A DNA stretch of 64,000 nucleotides from Dehalococcoidia bacterium (GTDB taxonomy: Bacteria > Chloroflexota > Dehalococcoidia > Bin125): positions 3,361,684 through 3,425,683 of the forward strand of contig OZ253504.1 in assembly GCA_965262235.1 (NCBI GenBank), written 5' to 3'. Shown in pieces: positions 36,794-45,709 of the stretch. Each line of letters starts with the position of its first letter. The stretch's first letter is position 1. Below the pieces are notes generated by a model that did no database searches, was not told where the DNA came from, and saw nothing but the letters and a program-made list of their open reading frames with translations. Made by a program: the position numbers and the translations under genes.

Positions 36794-38170
36794 ATGGTCC
36801 GCCTCTCCGACCTCCACCCCGAAGAAGCGGAGCATCTGAGGAGCTGGCCGCCGCTTCAGATCGAGCCGGGGGAGTGGATCACGCCCAAGCCGCTGCGCGA
36901 GTCGACGATCGCTCTGATCACCACCGCGGGCCTGCATCGGCGCGATGACGTGCCGTTCGCGTCGGGCGCGGTGGACTATCGGATCATCCCCGGCGACGCT
37001 GACTTCGCGGATGTCATCTCCTCGCACTTGAGTTCCAACTGGGACCGCTCGGCGCTCGCGCAGGATCTGAACGTCGTGCTGCCGATCGAGCGCCTCAGGG
37101 AGTTGGCTGCGGCGGGCGAGATCGGCGGCGTGGCACGCTGGCACTACTCGTTCATGGGCGGGGTCCCGCGCGCCGATCGGCTGGAGCCGTACGCCCGCGA
37201 GGTGGCGGGCCTGCTCAAGCGCGACGGCGTCGACGCCGCCGTGCTCATACCCGTTTGACCGGCCTGCACGCGCGCCGTCGGCGCGCTCGGCCACTACATC
37301 GAGCGTGAGGGCGTGGCCACGACCAGCATCTCGCTGGTCCGCGAGCACAGCGAATACATGAAGCCGCCGCGCGCGCTGTGGGTGCCGTTCTACCTCGGCC
37401 GCCCGTTCGGCGTGCCCGACGACCCCGACTTCCAGCGCGACGTGCTGCGCGCCGCGCTCGACCTGCTACCGACGCTGACCGAGCACGGCATCGTCGACTA
37501 TCCAGTCGAGGCGCCCGACGACTCGTTCTCCCACACGTGGGCCTGCCCGGTCTCGTTCGAGGCGTCGGACGCCGACTCGTTGGGCGCCCGCCTGCGCGGC
37601 GAGGCGCAGCGGCTCGCGCCCTGGTGGCGCGAGACGCACCGGGCTCGCGGACGCACCCTGGTGGGTGCGAGCGCGCCGCTGCCAGACGGACCAGACCGCG
37701 AAGTGACCGTGCCGCAGCACGTCGACACGCTGGCCGCCGCGCTTGTGGACGTCGCGGAGGGCGCGCCGCTCGACACGCCGCCTGTGATCGAGCGGCCGGC
37801 CGGCTCGAACCCCGCCGAAGCGGCAAATGAGCTTGCCTGGTCGCACCCGATGCCCTTCCTGCTGCGTCACCTCGTGCAGGACCTGCGCTGCTTCTATCAG
37901 GAGGCCGCGGCGGGGCAGCCGGGCGCGCAGGCGCCGTCGCATCGCGCGTTGAACGAATGGATCTTTGGCGAGACCGTGCTCGGCGAGGCGATCATCGAGA
38001 TGGGCCGCCGGCTCACCGAGGCCGGCGATCCACGCCTGCGCGCCTTGCGCTTCTGGTCGATCCCCGAAGGCTTCTGGCCCGATGACGACGAGGTTGTCAC
38101 CGCTGCGAGCATGACCGACTCACTCGCGCGCGCCGACGCCGCCAACAAGCTGTTCGCGCCGCGCCAATAG
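36794..38170 (+). CDS. Glycine/betaine/sarcosine/D-proline reductase family 'selenoprotein B' (GrdB-like) homolog with an in-frame TGA (candidate selenocysteine) in a U-x-x-C motif.
   Basis: Track ORFs 36794..37258 and 37313..38170 are in the same frame and separated only by the TGA at 37256-37258. Read-through gives ...DGVDAAVLIPV-U-PACTRAVGALGHYIEREGVATTSISLVREHSEYMKPPRALWVPFYLGRPFG.... The U-P-A-C-T motif resembles the UxxC redox motif of GrdB/PrdB-family proteins. A GC-rich hairpin (GGCC..GCGCGCC-GTC-GGCGCGC..GGCC) lies at 37261-37292. Confidence 0.55.
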
Positions 38171-38258
38171 CGACGCACAATTGAGGCGTTGTCGGAGGCG
38201 TTGTCGGGGCGGCGACCGACTAACTTGCGGACGAACGCACTGGTGAGGACCAACCCAC

Positions 38259-39098
38259 ATGACACAGCGAACCGACGCCTACCCCGAGCTTGACCGCGAC
38301 CTGCGCTTCTTTCCGCTCGGCGTCGAGCAGCCGCGGCAGCTCAGCGCGGAGCAGATTCAGCAGTACAACGACAAGGGCTACATCTTCCCGATCGACATCT
38401 TCTCGAAGTCCGAGATCGAAGTGATCCGCGGCTACTTCGACGATCTGCTGCCCAAAGCGATGGACGCCGGCTGGAACAACTACGAGCTGACCAACTGGCA
38501 CAAGCACTGCCGCGGCGTCTGGGATGTCGTCACCGACAGCCGGATCATCGACGTGATGGAGGACATGCTGGGCGAGACGGTGATCCTGCGCCACAGCCAT
38601 CTGTTCGCCAAGCTGCCCGGCGACGGCATGCGAGTCAGCTGGCACCAGGACGCGTCGTACTGGCCGCTCTCGCCCAGCAAAGTCGTCTCCGCCTGGCTGG
38701 CGCTCGATGATGTCGACCTGGGCAACGGCGCGATGCAGGTGATCCCCGGCTCGCACCACAACGCGCAGGTCGCCTTCCAGGACAGCGCTGCCGACGAGCA
38801 CAACGTGCTCAACCAGACCGTGCCCAATCCTGAGGACTACGGCGACCCGCCGGTCGCGCTGGAGCTGCGCGCCGGCCAGATCTCGCTGCACAGCGACTGG
38901 ATGCTGCACGGCTCCGAGCCCAACGAATCGAACCGCCGCCGCTGCGGCCTGGCGATGCGCTACCTGTCATCCGATGTGCGCGCCTACAACGGCTGGAACG
39001 CGCACTCAATCGTCTGCCGCGGCTCCGAGCCGACCGGTCACTGGGCCAATCACCCGCGCCCGGACGGTGAGTTGATTCCCGTCAAGAGCGCCGAATAA
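38259..39098 (+). CDS. Phytanoyl-CoA dioxygenase (PhyH) family Fe(II)/2-oxoglutarate oxygenase.
   Basis: WHQDASYW...D...H...R motif layout of the PhyH family, 279 aa. Confidence 0.8.
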   Translation: MTQRTDAYPELDRDLRFFPLGVEQPRQLSAEQIQQYNDKGYIFPIDIFSKSEIEVIRGYFDDLLPKAMDAGWNNYELTNWHKHCRGVWDVVTDSRIIDVMEDMLGETVILRHSHLFAKLPGDGMRVSWHQDASYWPLSPSKVVSAWLALDDVDLGNGAMQVIPGSHHNAQVAFQDSAADEHNVLNQTVPNPEDYGDPPVALELRAGQISLHSDWMLHGSEPNESNRRRCGLAMRYLSSDVRAYNGWNAHSIVCRGSEPTGHWANHPRPDGELIPVKSAE

Positions 39099-39139
39099 GC
39101 GGCCGCATCGCAAGGTCACCAGTGGTCGCCTGCGGAAGC

Positions 39140-39200
39140 TCTGAATAACTCTCCCCCCGCCATGCGGGGGGAGAGGGGATCCGACTTGTTTAGAGGATTC
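39140..39200. repeat. Palindromic repeat element.
   Basis: CTCTCCCCCCGCCATGCGGGGGGAGAGGGGATCCGACTTGTTTAGAGGATTCC. Confidence 0.7.
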
Positions 39201-39291
39201 CCAAGCTCGCCCACCAACGCTCTGCATCCTGAGCACGCTTCATGACCGTGAGTCTATGAACGGCGACCCCACTCCCACATACACTCCGTGA

Positions 39292-39825
39292 ATGGCGACG
39301 ACATCACGAGCCAAGGCGAAGCGCAATGCGCGGGCCGCGCGGCGCGCGGAACAGACCGACCCCGAGCGGGCGAACAACCGCGTGCTCGCGCGCAACCGCC
39401 GCGCGACCTGGCAATACGAGATCACGCAGCGGATCGAGGCCGGGATCGAGCTGCGCGGCAGCGAGATCAAATCGCTGCGCATGGGCCGCGGCTCGATCGC
39501 TGAGGCCTACTGCCGCCCGCGCGGCGGACAGCTGTGGCTGATCGGCGCGCACATCGCGCGCTACGAGCCGGCCGGCGAGCAGAACCACGAGCTGACCCGC
39601 GACCGTCGGCTGCTGGTCCATCGCCGTGAAATCCACCAGCTGGAGGCGGCGTTCGAGCAGCGCCGGCTGACCCTGGTGCCGCTGCGCCTGTACCTGAAGC
39701 ACGGCCTCGTCAAGCTGGAGATCGGCGTGGCCCGCGGCAAGCGCGAGCACGAGAAGCGCCAGCGCATTCGCGAGCGCGAGACCAACCGCGAAATCGCCCG
39801 CGTCCTCCGCCAAAACAACGTCTGA
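39292..39825 (+). CDS. smpB: SsrA-binding protein SmpB.
   Basis: ...NRVLARNRRATWQYEITQRIEAGIELRGSEIKSLR...LLVHRREI...LKHGLVKLEIGVARGKREHEKR is canonical SmpB with a basic N-terminal extension. Confidence 0.85.
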   Translation: MATTSRAKAKRNARAARRAEQTDPERANNRVLARNRRATWQYEITQRIEAGIELRGSEIKSLRMGRGSIAEAYCRPRGGQLWLIGAHIARYEPAGEQNHELTRDRRLLVHRREIHQLEAAFEQRRLTLVPLRLYLKHGLVKLEIGVARGKREHEKRQRIRERETNREIARVLRQNNV

Positions 39826-39837
39826 GCCGCGCTGGCG

Positions 39838-40030
39838 GCCCGCAGTCCGCGCATGCCGACACGGGCCGCGTCAAGCGTCGCACGGTCGTCGATCCCGCGA
39901 CGCCCGAGGACGTGGATGCGATGCGGAATCTGATCGAGGGCACCGACATATTCTCGCAGGCGTGCAGCGCGGAGAGTCTCGCGCGCCACGGGGCAGACAC
40001 GCTAGAGTTCACAGAACTTCCCTCAGGAGC
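39838..40030 (+). pseudogene. Fragment of a family III CoA-transferase paralog (internal ~60 codons only).
   Basis: PQSAHADTGRVKRRTVVDPATPEDVDAMRNLIEGTDIFSQACSAESLARHG is clearly homologous to QSAQADTGHGKRRAFVDLETPEGVDAMWHLIEGADVFSQSYRAESLARRG of the intact gene at 43126-44562. No start codon and no flanking domains. Confidence 0.5.
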
Positions 40031-40036
40031 GGCCTC

Positions 40037-41194
40037 ATGGCGAGTCCAGCCACACATGCCACACGTGGCGAAGAACCATCGTTCACCCCCGAGTTCCTGC
40101 CCGTTGGGGAGCTTCACCTTGACGGTAAGAATCCGCGCATCCAGCAGGTCGGAGTGGACCTCGACCAGGAGCGCATTCTCAAGATCCTTTGGGAGGAGTA
40201 CTCCGTAGACGAAGTGGCGCTGTCCATTGCGCAAAACGGCTTCTTCCCTCACGAGCCCTTGTTCGCCATCGAGGAGGGTGGCAGGCTCGTGGTCGTAGAG
40301 GGCAATCGCAGGCTCGCGGCTGTCCGATTACTCCGTGAGCCCGACCTCCGGGAACGCCTTCGTGGAGAAGCGTTGCCCACGATATCCGTAGAAGCGATCG
40401 CCAAGCTCGACTTCGTTCCTGTCATCCGCTGCAAGCGCGAAGGGATTTGGCAATACATCGGCTTCAAGCACGTGAACGGACCACAGGCATGGACATCCCT
40501 TGCCAAAGCCGAGTACGTCGCTTGGGTGAAGAACGAAATCGGCACTTCTCTTGAGGACATCGCCCGCACCATCGGTGACTACCACTCGACAGTCACGCGG
40601 CTATACCGAGCATACATGGCCCTGAAGCAGGCAGAAGATGAGGGCGTCTACGATCGCAAGTGGCGGACTCGGAAACACTTCTCATTCTCACACCTCTACA
40701 CCGGCCTGGACTACCAAGGCATACGGGATTTCACCCGTATCGCCGATCTCGACCCGCCCAAGGCGAGGCCGATCCCCAAGAGCAGACTCAAGGAGTTTGG
40801 TGAGCTGTGCGTCTGGCTGTGGGGGGACACGACACATAACACAGTTCCTCTAATCAAGAGCCAGAATCCCGACCTCCGCGATCTTGATGGAGCCCTCCAG
40901 AAGAAGGCCGGGCTAAGTGCTCTCCGCGCTGGCTATGGCATCTCTGTCGCGGTCGATATCGCCCGTGGCGACACCGCACTCTTCCGGGAGGCGTTGCTCA
41001 AGTCAAAGCAGTCGCTCCAGAATGCCCGCGCGAAGGTAGCAACTGGATTTGAGGGCGAAAAGGATTTGTCAAGGGAGATGGAAGAAATCCTCGTCATCGC
41101 CGATGCCCTTGACGACGACATGCGGACGATCGCGATAGACCCCCTACAGAGGCAGCGAGATAGGCGACGACGCCGGAGAGCCCAGAGGACATAG
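40037..41194 (+). CDS. ParB/Srx-fold (ParB-like nuclease domain, DUF262-like) protein.
   Basis: N-terminal ...LHLDGKNPRIQ...GRLVVVEGNRRLAAVRLL matches the ParB N-terminal domain motif. SD-like AGGAGC sits 7 nt upstream of the ATG. This is the first gene of a low-GC three-gene block. Confidence 0.55.
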   Translation: MASPATHATRGEEPSFTPEFLPVGELHLDGKNPRIQQVGVDLDQERILKILWEEYSVDEVALSIAQNGFFPHEPLFAIEEGGRLVVVEGNRRLAAVRLLREPDLRERLRGEALPTISVEAIAKLDFVPVIRCKREGIWQYIGFKHVNGPQAWTSLAKAEYVAWVKNEIGTSLEDIARTIGDYHSTVTRLYRAYMALKQAEDEGVYDRKWRTRKHFSFSHLYTGLDYQGIRDFTRIADLDPPKARPIPKSRLKEFGELCVWLWGDTTHNTVPLIKSQNPDLRDLDGALQKKAGLSALRAGYGISVAVDIARGDTALFREALLKSKQSLQNARAKVATGFEGEKDLSREMEEILVIADALDDDMRTIAIDPLQRQRDRRRRRRAQRT

Positions 41195-41200
41195 CGGCGG

Positions 41201-42181
41201 ATGGTAGGTCTCATCGTTCCGCCGGCGTCCGCCGACGCAACGGAACACGCTGACTGGCTTGAGTTGACGGCGGCGGTCACATCTGACGCCACTCGTTCAA
41301 GGCAGCATCTAATCGCAGCGATCCGAAGAACGGGCTCAATCGATGGGACTCCCTCCACCGAGGACCTAGACGATGAACCGCTTGATGAGCTGGTTGAGCG
41401 GGAGGATGAAGAGCTTGAGGGAATCGCCGACGCCGCCTTCGAACAACTGGCGAGGCGCGAGAGCTACCTCGGCGCGCACTACCCGTTTGCCGTTGGCGGG
41501 ACGGTGCAAGCCAAGGATGGTGCTCTGGCCTCGCCCTATCTCTTCCTGACGGCGCTGACGAAGTTCAACCCGACGCTGAGGGCATCGGAAGAGAGCGGCG
41601 CCTCGCTCTTTGAACGCGTTAGCAGGACTGCTCTGGTGGAATACCTCGGCGGCGTAGAAACCGTGCGCTCCTACGACTTTGGGTTTCCCCGACGCGACGG
41701 CCCGAAGGCGTTCTACGATGCTCTTGAGGCTCTGTGCCAGCAAATGGGTGAGGGGCTTGGCTGCAAGGTGAAAAGGCCCAAGACAGCCAGCGTCAAGGAC
41801 GCGAAGCTTGACCTCGTGGCATGGCTACCGTTCGAGGATGGCCGTGACAATCAACTTAGCGTATTCGGACAGTGTGCAGCGGGGATGGACTGGTCTGAGA
41901 AGGTCAATGAGCTTCAGCCAGTTGACTTTTGCCGCATATGGTTGAAGGAATCCCCGGCGATGAGTCCCCTTCTCGCTTTCTTCGTGCCCCGGCAGGTTGA
42001 GGAACGCCGCTGGTTTCAGGTTAGCGTTGGGGAGCGACGCATTTTCTTCGACCGGCTCAGGATCGCCCGCTTTCTCGGCAGGCTCGACAAGGACCTCGCC
42101 AAGCGCTGCGAGTCGTGGACGGCGGCAGCTATCGCAGTGGGTGACGCGGCCGGCGCCCCCGTTGCTGACGCGACATCCTAG
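41201..42181 (+). CDS. Hypothetical protein, middle gene of the island.
   Basis: 326 aa, tightly coupled between the ParB-like and Dam genes. The N-terminus is acidic. I recognise no motif with confidence. Confidence 0.4.
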   Translation: MVGLIVPPASADATEHADWLELTAAVTSDATRSRQHLIAAIRRTGSIDGTPSTEDLDDEPLDELVEREDEELEGIADAAFEQLARRESYLGAHYPFAVGGTVQAKDGALASPYLFLTALTKFNPTLRASEESGASLFERVSRTALVEYLGGVETVRSYDFGFPRRDGPKAFYDALEALCQQMGEGLGCKVKRPKTASVKDAKLDLVAWLPFEDGRDNQLSVFGQCAAGMDWSEKVNELQPVDFCRIWLKESPAMSPLLAFFVPRQVEERRWFQVSVGERRIFFDRLRIARFLGRLDKDLAKRCESWTAAAIAVGDAAGAPVADATS

Positions 42182-42183
42182 GC

Positions 42184-43038
42184 ATGAGGTTCGCGAGCCC
42201 GCTTCGCTACCCAGGCGGGAAGGCAGCCATGACGGGCATCCTGCGCACCATCAGGACCTTAAACGGCTTCAACGGTCATGCTGTGGCCGAACCGTTCGCG
42301 GGTGGGGCTGGTGCCGCGCTTACGCTTCTCTATTCTCGGGAGACGCATAAGGTACACATAAACGATCTCGATCCCGCCATCCACGCCTTTTGGTTCTCGG
42401 CGGTTCACGACAGCGAGGCGTTGCTTAATCTCCTCGATCAGACGCCGGTGTCCGTCGAGGAGTGGAAGCGTTGGAGGGATGTCTACCGAAGTGGCCGCGC
42501 CTCGCCTCTTGAACTGGGGTTTGCCACTTTCTACCTCAACCGCTGCAATCGGTCAGGAATCATTCAGAACGGCGGCGTCATAGGTGGGATCGAGCAGAGG
42601 GGGCGTTGGAAAATCGATGCCCGGTTCAACAAGCTTGCCTTGAGGCAGCGGCTTGAACGAATCGCGGAGGAGTGCGACCGAATAGCGGTGTCGAACCTTG
42701 ATGGCATCGACTTCATCGACACGTTAGATGCGGAATCGACGCTCTACTTTGTGGACCCGCCCTACTTCAGAAAAGGGCCCCTGTTGTATCTGAATAGTCT
42801 TAGTGATGACTATCACTCCAGTCTCGCTGAGAAGCTCCAGAGCATTGAGGAAGCGGCATGGGTTCTGACCTACGACGACTGTTCTGAGATCCGCGAGCTG
42901 TATGGAGAGTGGGCGGCGATTCATCCTTTCTCGCTTCGCTACTCGGCACGTGAGCGGCAGCAGGGACGGGAGGTCTTGATCACGCCTCGGTGGATGCACT
43001 TGCCAGAGGCCGTGAGTGAGGCTGCGGTGAGCTGGTGA
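42184..43038 (+). CDS. DNA adenine methyltransferase (Dam/D12-class N6-adenine MTase).
   Basis: N-terminal LRYPGGK (AdoMet motif I), Glu/Asp motif II, and catalytic DPPY (FVDPPYF) motif IV in Dam order. Its ATG immediately follows the upstream stop. Confidence 0.8.
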   Translation: MRFASPLRYPGGKAAMTGILRTIRTLNGFNGHAVAEPFAGGAGAALTLLYSRETHKVHINDLDPAIHAFWFSAVHDSEALLNLLDQTPVSVEEWKRWRDVYRSGRASPLELGFATFYLNRCNRSGIIQNGGVIGGIEQRGRWKIDARFNKLALRQRLERIAEECDRIAVSNLDGIDFIDTLDAESTLYFVDPPYFRKGPLLYLNSLSDDYHSSLAEKLQSIEEAAWVLTYDDCSEIRELYGEWAAIHPFSLRYSARERQQGREVLITPRWMHLPEAVSEAAVSW

Positions 43039-43125
43039 GCCGCGCTGGCGGCGCGCTCGCGGAGTTCCAGTGGCTGGGCGACCAGGCCGAAGCCCGGCAT
43101 CGGGCATGACTTATCTTCGGCTGAT

Positions 43126-44562
43126 GTGACGGTTCGGGACACGTTTGGACCCCTCATGCAGCGCGCCGACCTTGAAGCGATTTCGGAAGCCGCCGGGGTG
43201 CCGGCGACGACCACCCCGATCGAGTTCACGGGGCCCGACGATCCGACCTACCCCTCGCCGCTGCGGCTGGGCGAGGGGACGGCGGCGCTGCTCGCGAACG
43301 TCGCCGGCGCAGTCAGCGACATCACAGCCGCGACCGGCGGAACGCCGCAGTCGGCGCAGATCGATGTCGGCCATGCGCTCGTCTCGATCTCCAGCATGTG
43401 GGTGCTGCGGGTCAACGGCGTGCTCGCGGGCGAGGCGCTGGCCGACGAGATGGCCCCCGGCCAGGGCATCTTCCCGACCCGCGACGGCCGGCATCTCTAT
43501 CTGCTCAGCGGCTTCGCGCACATCGTTGAGCGGACGCTCGAGGCGATCGGCTGCCATGACGTGACGCGCCTCGCCGAGCACGTCGCGGAGCGCGACTCCG
43601 CCGAGCTTGAGGCGGCGCTGGTCGAGGCGCAGCTGACCGGCGTCGTGCTGCGCGACGCGGAGCAGTGGTCAGCCCACCCACAGGGGCGGCTGCTCGCGCA
43701 GTCGCCGGCGGTGCGGGTCGAGCGGATCGGCGACGCCCCGCCCACGCCGCTGCCGGAGGGCGCGCAACCGCTCGCAGGACTGCGCGTGCTCGATTCGACG
43801 CGCGTGCTGGCCGGGCCGACGATCTCGCGCACGCTCGCCGGTCTCGGCGCCGATGTCCTGCACGTCGGCTCGCCGCACGTGCCCGACCTGCAGTCCGCGC
43901 AGGCCGACACGGGCCACGGCAAGCGTCGCGCGTTCGTCGATCTGGAGACGCCCGAGGGCGTGGACGCGATGTGGCACCTGATCGAGGGCGCCGACGTGTT
44001 CTCGCAGTCGTACCGCGCGGAGAGTCTGGCGCGGCGCGGGCTGGGCCTCGAGGCGGTGGCGGCGCGGCGGCCGGGCATCATCTATGTCTCCGAGAACGCC
44101 TACGGCCAATCGGGGCCGTGGCGCGAGAAGCGCGGCTTCGACGGCAACGTGCAGGCCGCCAGCGGGATCGCAGCGCTGCACCAGCGGTCCGACCAGTTCG
44201 CGCCGGCGGGCCCGGCGATGGCGATGAACGACTACTGCACGGGCTACTGGGGCGCGTACGGCGTGCTGGAAGCGCTCAAGCGCCGCGCGACCGAGGGCGG
44301 CTCGTGGCACGTGACGGTCTCGCTCGGCCAGACCGCGGCCTGGTTCCTGCGGATGGGCACGCCGCACGAGATCGGCGCGGATCATCCCGCGCGCGATCCG
44401 GAGATCGGCTATCGGCTGGCCGCGCAGTTCTCGGAGGATGTCGAGTCGGACTACGGGACGCTGACGCGTCTGAAGTTCCCGATCAGCTTTTCCGACACCG
44501 AGCCCGCCTGGTCGCGCACCGTCAAGCCCGGCGCCCACGCCCCGGAGTGGCTGCCGCGCTAA
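43126..44562 (+). CDS. CoA-transferase family III (CaiB/BaiF-like) domain protein with a ~200-aa N-terminal extension.
   Basis: LAGLRVLDSTRVLAGPTISRTLAGLGADVLHV..ESLARRGLG...GFD are family III CoA-transferase motifs starting near residue 205. Confidence 0.7.
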   Translation: MTVRDTFGPLMQRADLEAISEAAGVPATTTPIEFTGPDDPTYPSPLRLGEGTAALLANVAGAVSDITAATGGTPQSAQIDVGHALVSISSMWVLRVNGVLAGEALADEMAPGQGIFPTRDGRHLYLLSGFAHIVERTLEAIGCHDVTRLAEHVAERDSAELEAALVEAQLTGVVLRDAEQWSAHPQGRLLAQSPAVRVERIGDAPPTPLPEGAQPLAGLRVLDSTRVLAGPTISRTLAGLGADVLHVGSPHVPDLQSAQADTGHGKRRAFVDLETPEGVDAMWHLIEGADVFSQSYRAESLARRGLGLEAVAARRPGIIYVSENAYGQSGPWREKRGFDGNVQAASGIAALHQRSDQFAPAGPAMAMNDYCTGYWGAYGVLEALKRRATEGGSWHVTVSLGQTAAWFLRMGTPHEIGADHPARDPEIGYRLAAQFSEDVESDYGTLTRLKFPISFSDTEPAWSRTVKPGAHAPEWLPR

Positions 44563-44732
44563 CCCGTGCCCCTCGGTCGGTGTCCTGCGACCTGCTCGAC
44601 GAGCTGTTCGCCGCCGTGAATCTGAAAGCGAGCTGAGCAACGCTCGGGCCTGAGCGCGATGCCCGGTCCGGCCGCGCGATGCTGGGATTCGGATAGGATG
44701 GCGCTGCGCAACGATGCGCGAAGACAACACGT

Positions 44733-45091
44733 GGGGACGAAAGGGATCGACAGCGGCCGACTGATCTGTGGCTGCGCGCCGAGGTGGCGTTCCTCGCTAA
44801 TCCGCGCCAACCTTTCCTTAACTGGCGAAACCAAGGAATTCGCACTCGCCGCTTAACCGCGGCGACGTCGCCTCCCGACTGCCGCCGAACCGGTGGGAGT
44901 GCGGCGCCATCAGTTTGGCCGCTCGCCGCGGGATGACGGGACCGCAGCGCTAAGACCATTCCGGATCACCTGGTCGTAACGGCTGGCCGACGCGCCGGCG
45001 ACCGGGGAAAACTTAAGCGACGGCTACGCGCGTAGAGGCTGCGGGGAGCGACCGACTGGACGGGGAGTTCGATTCTCCCCCGTCTCCACCA
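44733..45091 (+). ncRNA. ssrA: tmRNA (ssrA).
   Basis: 5' GGGGACGAAAGGGATCGACAGCGG... The 3' tRNA-like end is GGACGGGGAGTTCGATTCTCCCCCGTCTCCACCA, giving T-arm GGGAG/CTCCC and acceptor 5'-GGGGACG pairing 3'-CGTCTCC, then ACCA. The internal tag ORF ends ...GETKEFALAA-TAA (44854-44856), the canonical ...ALAA degradation tag. Confidence 0.7.
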
Positions 45092-45142
45092 CCACACCAT
45101 CCAGACGCGCCCTGCGCGTCGCCGGATCCGGGGAGCGCAGCG

Positions 45143-45580
45143 ATGGCCGACCCCGCTCCGCTGGTGCTGCCGCGCGGCGTGCTGCCACCCGCGCGGCCGG
45201 CCCCGCCGCCCTCGGGCGCGCCGTTCGATCGCCGCTTCTTCGAGGCCGTCCTGCCCGGCGCGGTCAGCGCCTACTGCACCCAGGTCGCCTGCACGATTCC
45301 GCTCGTGCAACTGTTCACCTCCGACGGGGCGCGCCACTACATCCGCGCGATCTCGGCCGTGTCCGACAGCTGGGTGGCGCTGCATACGCAGGCCGAGAAG
45401 AACGAGCAGCCGATTCAGGTCTTCATCCCCTACCCGGCGATCATGCGGGTCGAGATTCATCCCGATCTGAGCCCCGAGCTGCGCCGCTTCGGCTTCCTCA
45501 CGGCGACCTCCGAGCTGAGCCCGCACGAGCTGGCCGCAGCGGCGCAAGCGGCCGCGGCCGACACTGCTACGCACGGCTGA
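45143..45580 (+). CDS. Hypothetical protein.
   Basis: 145-aa ORF with typical codon bias and a Pro/Ala-rich N-terminus. No motif recognised. Confidence 0.4.
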   Translation: MADPAPLVLPRGVLPPARPAPPPSGAPFDRRFFEAVLPGAVSAYCTQVACTIPLVQLFTSDGARHYIRAISAVSDSWVALHTQAEKNEQPIQVFIPYPAIMRVEIHPDLSPELRRFGFLTATSELSPHELAAAAQAAAADTATHG

Positions 45581-45709
45581 ACTATTCGCCAACTCGCGGA
45601 TGACTCTATCGACGCACTTGGGTAGGCTGCGTCAATCAGCCGCGTGCGCGTGAGCCACGCCAGCCGCGGCATACCCAGCGGGCGACAGCCCAACAGGAGG
45701 ATCAGACCC

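Noticed and set aside
39912-40208. 98-aa ORF starting MDAMRNLIEG....
   Set aside because: It is the tail of the CoA-transferase fragment running into the upstream region of the ParB-like gene. It has no independent start context and loses homology after ~40 residues, so it is annotated as a pseudogene fragment.
44659-44856. 65-aa ORF ending ...GETKEFALAA.
   Set aside because: It lies inside the tmRNA gene. Only its last ~10 codons (the tag reading frame) are meaningful, and it is not a protein gene.
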